64,000 nt of DNA from the human T2T-CHM13v2.0 reference genome, Homo sapiens. Shown piece after piece: positions 1 to 10,745 of this stretch. The stretch's first letter is position 1. Every line of letters begins with the position of its first letter. Below the pieces are notes generated by a model. That model saw nothing but the letters and a program-made list of their open reading frames with translations. It had not been told where the DNA came from and made no database searches. The translations under genes were made by a program, and so were the position numbers. The stretch lies in the NCBI RefSeq assembly GCF_009914755.1, contig NC_060948.1; one strand, 5' to 3'.

Positions 1-860
1 GAATGGAAAGGAATCGAACGGAAGGGAATGAAATTGAATCAACAGGAATGGAAGGGAATAGAATAGACGGTAATGGAATGGACTCGAATAGAATGGACAC
101 GAATGCTCAAATTGAATGGACTCGAATGGAATGGAAACGAAAGGAATGTCATCGAATGGAATTGAATCGATTGGAATGAAATCGCATAGAATGGAGTGGA
201 ATCAAATGGAATTGAATCGAAAGGAAAGGAAGCGAATGGACTGAAATGAAATGGAATGGAATTGAATGGAAAGTAATGCAATGGAATAGAATGGAACGAA
301 ATTTCACGGAATGGAATCAAACTGAATGGAATCAAATCAATGGAATCAAATCAAATGGAATGGAAAGGAATTGAATGGAGTAGATTGGATTGGATGGGAT
401 TGGAATGAAATGTACTGGAAAGGACTCGAATTTCATGAAACGGAATGGAATGAATTGGAACGGAATGGACTCGAATGGAATGGAATGTCATGGAATGGCA
501 TCAAATGGAATGGCATCAAATGGAATGGAATCGAATGCAATGGAATGCTATGGAATGGAATGGAATGCATTGGAATGGAATGTCCTCTAATGGAATGGAT
601 TCGAGTGGAATGGAATCGAATATAATGGAGTCGAACGAAATGGAATTGAAAGGAATGGGATCGAATACAATGGAATATACTGGAATGTAATGTAATGAAC
701 TCGAATGTAATTGACTGGAATGGAAGGTATATGAATGGAATGTAATCGAATGGAAAGTAATCCAATGGAATAGAATCTAATGCAATAAAATCGACTCAGA
801 TAGAGTAGCATGTAATGGAATGGAGTGCAGTGCAATGGAATGGAATGGAATGGAATGCAA

Positions 861-920
861 TGGAATGGAATGGAATGGAATGGAATGGAATGGAATGGAA
901 TGGAATGGGATGGGATGGAA
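861..920 (+). repeat. Slippage tract 1: near-pure (TGGAA)n run, variable between units
   Basis: Pentamers between GCAAT and GGTAT, units 1-18: 12,12,11,9,8,12,8,7,7,10,8,7,8,8,8,10,9,9. Confidence 0.9.
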
Positions 921-1237
921 TGGTATGGAATGGATAGTAATGGACTGGAGTGAAATGGACTGGAAAGGAATGGACTCAAATTGAAAGGGCTCGAAAGGAA
1001 TGGAGTCAAATGGAATGGTCTGGAATGGAATGAACACGAATGTAATGCAATCCAATAGAATGGAATCGAATGGCATGGAATATAAAGAAATGGAATCGGA
1101 GAGAATGGAAACAAATGGAATGGAATTGAATGGAATGGAATTGAATGGAATGGGAACGAATGGAGTGAAATTGTATGCAGTAGAAGGGAATAGAATGGAA
1201 TGCAAGCAAAAGGAAAGGAATGGATTGGAATGGAATG

Positions 1238-1243
1238 GAATTC
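1238..1243. other. EcoRI site GAATTC, once per unit (defines the classical DYZ1 EcoRI monomer)
   Basis: GGAATTCATTGG seen at the equivalent position in each unit. Confidence 0.85.
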
Positions 1244-1275
1244 ATTGGAATGGAAGGGAATGTAGTGTAATGGAC

Positions 1276-1281
1276 AGGCCT
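1276..1281. other. StuI/HaeIII site AGGCCT, once per unit (defines the classical male-specific HaeIII band)
   Basis: GACAGGCCTGG in 17 of 18 units; GACAGGTCTGG in unit 4. Confidence 0.88.
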
Positions 1282-1651
1282 GGAATAAAGTGCAATGCTA
1301 CGGTCTCGAATGGAATAAAAATGTATGGAATGGAATGCAATGAAATGGAATCGAATGTCATAGAATGTAATGGAATGCAACAAAATGGAATCCAATATCA
1401 TTGACTGGAAAGGCTGGGTGTCGAAAGGAATTGACTCCAATGGAATGGAATCGAATGGAATGGAAGTGAATAGAATCGAACTAAATTGAATGGAATGGAA
1501 TTGATAGGAACGGAATGGAAAGGAATGCAATGATTTGGCATGGAATGGAATCGAATGGCATCGAATGGAATGGAATGGAATGCAATGGAATGGAATGTAT
1601 TAGAATGGAATGAACTTTAATGGAATGTACTCGAATGGATTCGACTGGAAT

Positions 1652-1666
1652 GGAATGTTCTGGAAG
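1652..1666. promoter_or_regulatory. Perfect 3-unit heat-shock element motif HSE-1 (gGAAtgTTCtgGAAg), present in all 18 units
   Basis: Exact match to nGAAnnTTCnnGAAn; binding not demonstrated from sequence. Confidence 0.55.
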
Positions 1667-1931
1667 TGAATGGACTCCAATGGAATGGATTCAAAAGGAA
1701 TGGAATCGTACGGAATGGAATCTAATGGAATGGAATTAAATGGAAATGAATCAAATTGAATAGCACGGAATTGAATTGAATGGAATGGAATGCAATGGAA
1801 TCTAATGAAACGGAAAGGAAAGGAATGGAATGGAATGGAATGGGCTGGAATGGAAAGGAATCGAAACGAATGGAATGGAATCGAACTGAAGAGACTGGAA
1901 TGGAATGCACTGGAATGGAAGGGAGTGTAAT

Positions 1932-1946
1932 GGAAGGTTCTCGAAA
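1932..1946. promoter_or_regulatory. Perfect 3-unit heat-shock element motif HSE-2 (gGAAggTTCtcGAAa), present in all 18 units
   Basis: Exact match to nGAAnnTTCnnGAAn; binding not demonstrated from sequence. Confidence 0.55.
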
Positions 1947-2640
1947 AAAATGGAATCGAATGGAATGGAATTGAATGGAACGGAATAGAGTCGAATGGAA
2001 TTGAATGGAATGGAATGGACTAGAGTGAAATGGAATCGAACCACAAGGAATGGACAGGAATAGAATGGTCTCGAATTGAATGGAATCGTATGGAATGGCA
2101 TCAAACGGAATGGAATGGACAGCCACGGAATGGAATGCACTCGAATGCAATGGAGTCGAAACTAATGGACTGGAATAGAATGGACTCGACTGGTACGGAC
2201 TCCAATGGAATGGAATCGAATGGAAGGGAATCGAACGGAATGGACTCGAAGGGAAAAGACTGCAATGGAAAGGTCTCGAATGGAATGGAAATTAATGGAA
2301 TGGAATGGAATCGAATGAAATGGAGTCAAAAGGAATGGAATCGAATGGCAAGAAATCGAATGTAATGGAATCGCAAGGAATTGATGTGAACGGAACGGAA
2401 TGGAATGGAATCCAAAGGAATGGAATAGAATGGAATGGAATCGAATGGAAAGGACTCGAATGGCAATCACTCGAATAGAATGCAATTTAATAAAATAGGA
2501 TCAAATGTAATGGAATGGAATGGAAAGGAATCGAAACGAAAGGAATGGAGACAGATGGAATGGAATGGAACAGAGAGCAATGGTATAGAATGGAATGGAA
2601 TCATCTGGAATGGAATTGAATGGAATGGAATAATATGAAA

Positions 2641-2665
2641 TGGAATGGAATGGAATGGAATGGAA
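2641..2665 (+). repeat. Slippage tract 2: pure (TGGAA)n before TGCCC, variable between units
   Basis: 5 copies in most units; 6 in units 3, 8 and 15; 7 in unit 14; 3 in unit 18. Confidence 0.9.
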
Positions 2666-2957
2666 TGCCCTTGAATTAAATGGACTGGAATGGAATGGAC
2701 TCGAACAGAGTGGAATGGAAAGTGTTGAGATAGAATGGAATGGACTCCTTTGGAATGGTCTAGTATGCAATGCAATCGACTGGCAGGGAATCAAAAGGAA
2801 TGTAATCGAATGGATTGGACTGGAATGCAATGGACTCGAATAGATTGGAAACGGGATGCAAAGGAATGGAATGGAATAGTATGGAATGGAATGGAAAGGA
2901 ATGGAGTGGAATAGACTAGAGTGGAATGGAATGGACTGGAAAGCAATGGACTGGAAT

Positions 2958-2972
2958 GGAACTTTCTTGAAT
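2958..2972. promoter_or_regulatory. Perfect 3-unit heat-shock element motif HSE-3 (gGAActTTCttGAAt), intact in 14 of 18 units
   Basis: Exact match to nGAAnnTTCnnGAAn; third GAA changed to GGA in units 6, 7, 9 and 10. Confidence 0.5.
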
Positions 2973-3612
2973 GGACTGGAATCAAACGGAATGGGATGCA
3001 ATGCAATCAAATGGCATGGAATAAAATAGAATGAAAGAGAATCAAATGGAATTGAATCGAATGGAATCGAATGGATTGGAAAGGAATAGAATGGAATGGA
3101 ATGGAATGGACTCAAATGGAATGGACTAGAATGGAATGGATTCGAATGGAAGGCAAAGGAATGGAATCTATTGGAATGGACTGTAATGGAATGGAATGGA
3201 AGGGATTGGAATGGACTCAAATAGAATGGACTGCAATAGAAAGGATTCGAATGGAATGAAAAAGAATTGAATGGAATAGAACAGAAGGGAATCAAATCGA
3301 ATGAAATGGAATGGAATAGAAAGGAATGGAATGAAATGGAATGGAAAGGATTCGAATGGAATGCAATCGAATGGAATGGAATCGAACGGAATGGAATAAA
3401 ATGGAAGAAAACTGGCAAGAAATGGAATCGAAATGAATGGAGTGTTATGGAACGGACTCAAAAGGAATTGAATGTAATAGAATGGAGTGGAGTGGACACG
3501 AATATAATGGACTGGAATGGAATGAAATCACATGGAATGGGAACGAATGGAATGGAATGGAAAGGAATGGAATCGAATGGAAAGGAATCGAATGGAAGGG
3601 AATGAAATTGAA

Positions 3613-6600
3613 TCAACAGGAATGGAAGGGAATAGAATAGACGGTAATGGAATGGAATCGAATAGAATGGACACGAATGCTCAAATTGAATGGACTCGAA
3701 TGGAATGGAAACGAAAGGAATGTCATCGAATGGAATTGAATCGATTGCAATGAAATCGCATAGAATGGAGTGGAATCAAATGGAATTGAATCGAAAGGAA
3801 AGGAAGCGAATGGACTGAAATGAAATGGAATGGAATTGAATGGAAAGTAATGCAATGGAATAGAATGGAACGAAATTTCACGGAATGGAATCAAACTGAA
3901 TGGAATCAAATCAATGGAATCTAATCAAATGGAATGGAAAGGAATTGAATGGAGTAGATTGGATTGGATGGGATTGGAATGAAATGTACTGGAAAGGACT
4001 CGAATTTCATGAAACGGAATGGAATGAATTGGAACGGAATGGACTCGAATGGAATGGAATGTCATGGAATGGCATCAAATGGAATGGAATCGAATGCAAT
4101 GGAATGCTATGGAATGGAATGGAATGCATTGGAATGGAATGTCCTCTAATGGAATGGATTCGAGTGGAATGGAATCGAATATAATGGAGTCGAATGAAAT
4201 GGAATTGAAAGGAATGGGATCGAATACAATGGAATATACTGGAATGTAATGTAATGAACTCGAATGTAATTGACTGGAATGGAATGTACATGAATGGAAG
4301 GTAATCGAATGGAAAGTAATCCAATGGAATAGAATCTAATGCAATAAAACCGACTCAGATAGAGTAGAATGTAATGGAATGGAGTGCAGTGCAATGGAAT
4401 GGAATGGAATTGAATGCAATGGAATGGAATGGAATGGAATGGAATGGAATGGAATGGAATGGAAAGGAATGGGATGGAATGGTATGGAATGGATAGTAAT
4501 GGACTGGAGTGAAATGGACTGGAAAGGAATGGACTCAAATTGAAAGGGCTCGAAAGGAATGGAGTCAAATGGAATGGTCTGGAATGGAATGAACACGAAT
4601 GTAATGCAATCCAATAGAATGGAATCGAATGGCATGGAATATAAAGAAATGGATTCGAAGAGAATGGAAACAAATGGAATGGAATTGAATGGAATGGAAT
4701 TGAATGGAATGGGAACGAATGGAGTGAAATTGTATGCAGTAGAAGGGAATAGAAAGGAATGCAAGCGAAAGGAAAGGAATGGATTGTAATGGAATGGAAT
4801 TCATTGGAATGGAAGGGAATGTAGTGTAATGGACAGGCCTGGAATAAAGTGGAATGCTACGGTCTCGAATGGAATAAAAATGTATGGAATGGAATGCAAT
4901 GAAATGGAATCGAATGTCATAGAATGTAATGGAATGCAACAAAATGGAATCCAATATCATTGACTGGAAAGGCTGGGTGTCGAAAGGAATTGACTCCAAT
5001 GGAATGGAATCGAATGGAATGGAAGTGAATAGAATCGAACTAAATCGAATGGAATGGAATTGATAGGAACGGAATGGAAAGGAATGCAATGATTTGGCAT
5101 GGAATGGAATCGAATGGCATCGAATGGAATGGAATGGAATGCAATGGAATGGAATATATTAGAATGTAATGAACTTTAATGGAATGTACTCGAATGGATT
5201 CGACTGGAATGGAATGTTCTGGAAGTGAATGGACTCCAATGGAATGGATTCAAAAGGAATGGAATCGTACGGAATGGAATCTAATGGAATGGAATTAAAT
5301 GGAAATGAATCAAATTGAATAGCACGGAATTGAATTGAATGGAATGGAATGCAATGGAATCTAATGAAACGGAAAGGAAAGGAATGGAATGGAATGGAAT
5401 GGGCTGGAATGGAAAGGAATCGAAACGAATGGAATGGAATCGAACTGAAGAGACTGGAATGGAATGCACTGGAATGGAAGGGAGTGTAATGGAAGGTTCT
5501 CGAAAAAAATGGAATCGAATGGAATGGAATTGAATGGAACGGAATAGAGTCGAATGGAATTGAATGGAATGGAATGGACTAGAGTGAAATGGAATCGAAC
5601 CACAAGGAATGGAGAGGAATAGAATGGTCTCGAATTGAATGGAATCGTATGGAATGGCATCAAACGGAATGGAATGGACAGCCACGGAATGGAATGCACT
5701 CGAATGCAATGGAGTCGAAACTAATGGACTGGAATAGAATGGACTCGACTGGTACGGACTCCAATGGAATGGAATCGAATGGAAGGGAATCGAACGGAAT
5801 GGACTCGAAGGGAAAAGACTGCAATGGAAAGGTCTCGAATGGAATGGAAATTAATGGAATGGAATGGAATCGAATGAAATGGAGTCAAAAGGAATGGAAT
5901 CGAATGGCAAGAAATCGAATGTAATGGAATCGCAAGGAATTGATGTGAACGGAACGGAATGGAATGGAATCCAAAGGAATGGAATAGAATGGAATGGAAT
6001 CGAATGGAAAGGACTCGAATGGAAATCACTCGAATAGAATGCAATTTAATAAAATAGGATCAAATGTAATGGAATGGAATGGAAAGGAATCGAAACGAAA
6101 GGAATGGAGACAGATGGATTGGAATAGAACAGAGAGCAATGGTATAGAATGGAATGGAATCATCTGGAATGGAATTGAATGGAATGGAATAATATGAAAT
6201 GGAATGGAATGGAATGGAATGGAATGCCCTTGAATTAAATGGACTGGAATGGAATGGACTCGAACAGAGTGGAATGGAAAGTGTTGAGATAGAATGGAAT
6301 GGACTCCTTTGGAATGGTCTAGTACGCAATGCAATCGACTGGCAGGGAATCAAAAGGAATGTAATCGAATGGATTGGACTGGAATGCAATGGACTCGAAT
6401 AGATTGCAAACGGGATGCAAAGGAATGGAATGGAATAGTATGGAATGGAATGGAAAGGAATGGAGTGGAATAGACTAGAGTGGAATGGAATGGACTGGAA
6501 AGCAATGGACTGGAATGGAACTTTCTTGAATGGACTGGAATCAAACGGAATGGAATGCAATGCAATCAAATGGCATGGAATAAAATAGAATGAAAGAGAA

Positions 6601-7171
6601 TCAAATGGAATTGAATCGAATGGAATCGAATGGATTGGAAAGGAATAGAATGGAATGGAATGGAATGGACTCAAATGGAATGGACTAGAATGGAATGGAT
6701 TCGAATGGAAGGCAAAGGAATGGAATCTATTGGAATGGACTGTAATGGAATGGAATGGAAGGGATTCGAATGGACTCGAATGGAATGGACTGCAATAGAA
6801 AGGGTTCGAATGGAATGAAAAAGAATTGAATGGAATAGAACAGAATGGAATCAAATCGAATGAAATGGAATGGAATAGAAAGGAATGGAATGAAATGGAA
6901 TGGAAAGGATTCGAATGGAATGCAATCGAATGGAATGGAATCGAACGGAATGGAATAAAATGGAAGAAAACTGGCAAGAAATGGAATCGAAATGAATGGA
7001 GTGTTATGGAACGGACTCAAAAGGAATTGAATGTAATAGAATGGAGTGGAGTGGACTCGAATATAATGGACTGGAATGGAATGAAATCACATGGAATGGG
7101 AACGAATGGAATGGAATGGAAAGGAATGGAATCGAATGGAAAGGAATCGAATGGAAGGGAATGAAATTGAA
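3613..7171 (+). repeat. DYZ1 unit 2 (3559 bp)
   Basis: Anchor spacing; tract 1 = 12; one copy of the TGGCATCAAATGGAA 15-mer is missing near 4075. Confidence 0.95.
4700..4853. other. Target of the classical DYZ1 sex-determination PCR (154 bp here), repeated per unit
   Basis: Starts TTGAATGGAATGGGAACGAATGG and ends GGACAGGCCTGGAATAAAGTGGA, matching the Y1.2/Y1.1 primer sequences as recalled (not database-checked). Confidence 0.7.
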
Positions 7172-10100
7172 TCAACAGGAATGGAAGGGAATAGAATAGA
7201 CGGTAATGGAATGGACTCGAATAGAATGGACACGAATGCTCAAATTGAATGGACTCGAATGGAATGGAAACGAAAGGAATGTCATCGAATGGAATTGAAT
7301 CGATTGCAATGAAATCGCATAGAATGGAGTGGAATCAAATGGAATTGAATCGAAAGGAAAGGAAGCGAATGGACTGAAATGAAATGGAATGGAATTGAAT
7401 GGAAAGTAATGCAATGGAATAGAATGGAACGAAATTTCACGGAATGGAATCAAACTGAATGGAATCAAATCAATGGAATCTAATCAAATGGAATGGAAAG
7501 GAATTGAATGGAGTAGATTGGATTGGATGGGATTGGAATGAAATGTACTGGAAAGGACTCGAATTTCATGAAACGGAATGGAATGAATTGGAACGGAATG
7601 GACTCGAATGGAATGGAATGTCATGGAATGGCATCAAATGGAATGGCATCAAATGGAATGGAATCGAATGCAATGGAATGCTATGGAATGGAATGGAATG
7701 CATTGGAATGGAATGTCCTCTAATGGAATGGATTCGAGTGGAATGGAATCGAATATAATGGAGTCGAACGAAATGGAATTGAAAGGAATGGGATCGAATA
7801 CAATGGAATATACTGGAATGTAATATAATGAACTCGAATGTAATTGACTGGAATGGAAGGTATATGAATGGAATGTAATCGAATGGAAAGTAATCCAATG
7901 GAATAGAATCTAATGCAATAAAATCGACTCAGATAGAGTAGCATGTAATGGAATGGAGTGCAGAGCAATGGAATGGAATGGAATGGAATGCAATGGAATG
8001 GAATGGAATGGAATGGAATGGAATGGAATGGAATGGGATGGGATGGAATGGTATGGAATGGATAGTAATGGACTGGAGTGAAATGGACTGGAAAGGAATG
8101 GACTCAAATTGAAAGGGCTCGAAAGGAATGGAGTCAAATGGAATGGTCTGGAATGGAATGAACACGAATGTAATGCAATCCAATAGAATGGAATCGAATG
8201 GCATGGAATATAAAGAAATGGAATCGGAGAGAATGGAAACAAATGGAATGGAATTGAATGGAATGGAATTGAATGGAATGGGAACGAATGGAGTGAAATT
8301 GTATGCAGTAGAAGGGAATAGAATGGAATGCAAGCAAAAGGAAAGGAATGGATTGGAATGGAATGGAATTCATTGGAATGGAAGGGAATGTAGTGTAATG
8401 GACAGGCCTGGAATAAAGTGCAATGCTACGGTCTCGAATGGAATAAAAATGTATGGAATGGAATGCAATGAAATGGAATCGAATGTCATAGAATGTAATG
8501 GAATGCAACAAAATGGAATCCAATATCATTGACTGGAAAGGCTGGGTGTCGAAAGGAATTGACTCCAATGGAATGGAATCGAATGGAATGGAAGTGAATA
8601 GAATCGAAATAAATTGAATGGAATGGAATTGATAGGAACGGAATGGAAAGGAATGCAATGATTTGGCATGGAATGGAATCGAATGGCATCGAATGGAATG
8701 GAATGGAATGCAATGGAATGGAATGTATTAGAATGTAATGAACTTTAATGGAATGTACTCGAATGGATTCGACTGGAATGGAATGTTCTGGAAGTGAATG
8801 GACTCCAATGGAATGGATTCAAAAGGAATGGAATCGTACGGAATGGAATCTAATGGAATGGAATTAAATGGAAATGAATCAAATTGAATAGCACGGAATT
8901 GAATTGAATGGAATGGAATGCAATGGAATCTAATGAAACGGAAAGGAAAGGAATGGAATGGAATGGAATGGGCTGGAATGGAAAGGAATCGAAACGAATG
9001 GAATGGAATCGAACTGAAGAGACTGGAATGGAATGCACTGGAATGGAAGGGAGTGTAATGGAAGGTTCTCGAAAAAAATGGAATCGAATGGAATGGAATT
9101 GAATGGAACGGAATAGAGTCGAATGGAATTGAATGGAATGGAATGGACTAGAGTGAAATGGAATCGAACCACAAGGAATGGACATGAATAGAATGGTCTC
9201 GAATTGAATGGAATCGTATGGAATGGCATCAAACGGAATGGAATGGACAGCCACGGAATGGAATGCACTCGAATGCAATGGAGTCGAAACTAATGGACTG
9301 GAATAGAATGGACTCGACTGGTACGGACTCCAATGGAATGGAATCGAATGGAAGGGAATCGAACGGAATGGACTCGAAGGGAAAAGACTGCAATGGAAAG
9401 GTCTCGAATGGAATGGAAATTAATGGAATGGAATGGAATCGAATGAAATGGAGTCAAAAGGAATGGAATCGAATGGCAAGAAATCGAATGTAATGGAATC
9501 GCAAGGAATTGATGTGAACGGAACGGAATGGAATGGAATCCAAAGGAATGGAATAGAATGGAATGGAATCGAATGGAAAGGACTCGAATGGCAATCACTC
9601 GAATAGAATGCAATTTAATAAAATAGGATCAAATGTAATGGAATGGAATGGAAAGGAATCGAAACGAAAGGAATGGAGACAGATGGAATGGAATGGAACA
9701 GAGAGCAATGGTATAGAATGGAATGGAATCATCTGGAATGGAATTGAATGGAATGGAATAATATGAAATGGAATGGAATGGAATGGAATGGAATGGAATG
9801 CCCTTGAATTAAATGGACTGGAATGGAATGGACTCGAACAGAGTGGAATGGAAAGTGTTGAGATAGAATGGAATGGACTCCTCTGGAATTGTCTAGTATG
9901 CAATGCAATCGACTGGCAGGGAATCAAAAGGAATGTAATCGAATGGATTGGACTGGAATGCAATGGACTCGAATAGATTGGAAACGGGATGCAAAGGAAT
10001 GGAATGGAATAGTATGGAATGGAATGGAAAGGAATGGAGTGGAATAGACTAGAGTGGAATGGAATGGACTGGAAAGCAATGGACTGGAATGGAACTTTCT

Positions 10101-10745
10101 TGAATGGACTGGAATCAAACGGAATGGAATGCAATGCAATCAAATGGCATGGAATAAAATAGAATGAAAGAGAATCAAATGGAATTGAATCGAATGGAAT
10201 CGAATGGATTGGAAAGGAATAGAATGGAATGGAATGGAATGGACTCAAATGGAATGGACTAGAATGGAATGGATTCGAATGGAAGGCAAAGGAATGGAAT
10301 CTATTGGAATGGACTGTAATGGAATGGAATGGAAGGGATTGGAATGGACTCGAATGGAATGGACTGCAATAGAAAGGATTCGAATGGAATGAAAAAGAAT
10401 TGAATGGAATAGAACAGAATGGAATCAAATCGAATGAAATGGAATGGAATAGAAAGGAATGGAATGAAATGGAATGGAAAGGATTCGAATGGAATGCAAT
10501 CGAATGGAATGGAATCGAACGGAATGGAATAAAATGGAAGAAAACTGGCAAGAAATGGAATCGAAATGAATGGAGTGTTATGGAACGGACTCAAAAGGAA
10601 TTGAATGTAATAGAATGGAGTGGAGTGGACTCGAATATAATGGACTGGAATGGAATGAAATCACATGGAATGGGAACGAATGGAATGGAATGGAAAGGAA
10701 TGGAATCGAATGGAAAGGAATCGAATGGAAGGGAATGAAATTGAA
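7172..10745 (+). repeat. DYZ1 unit 3 (3574 bp)
   Basis: Anchor spacing; tract 1 = 11, tract 2 = 6; shares many rare alleles with unit 1. Confidence 0.95.

Larger units (their letters stand above)
39..3612 (+). repeat. DYZ1 unit 1 (3574 bp)
   Basis: Distance between TCAACAGG anchors; slippage tract 1 has 12 pentamers. Confidence 0.95.

Noticed and set aside
431-440. 10-bp palindrome TTTCATGAAA (and GAAATTTC at 298-305)
   Set aside because: Too short for a stable cruciform or terminator; noted only as partial HSE-like motifs.
1409-1422. Atypical G-rich AAAGGCTGGGTGTC segment resembling an Alu 5' end
   Set aside because: It is only ~10 bp of similarity, stays in pentamer register and has no further Alu sequence or target-site duplication.
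2501-3418. 305-aa minus-strand ORF in units 1, 2, 4 and 5, cut to 211 aa from unit 6 onward
   Set aside because: The truncation results from one G->T satellite variant (CTGGCAGG->CTGTCAGG) creating TGA on the minus strand; there is no evidence of a gene or pseudogene.
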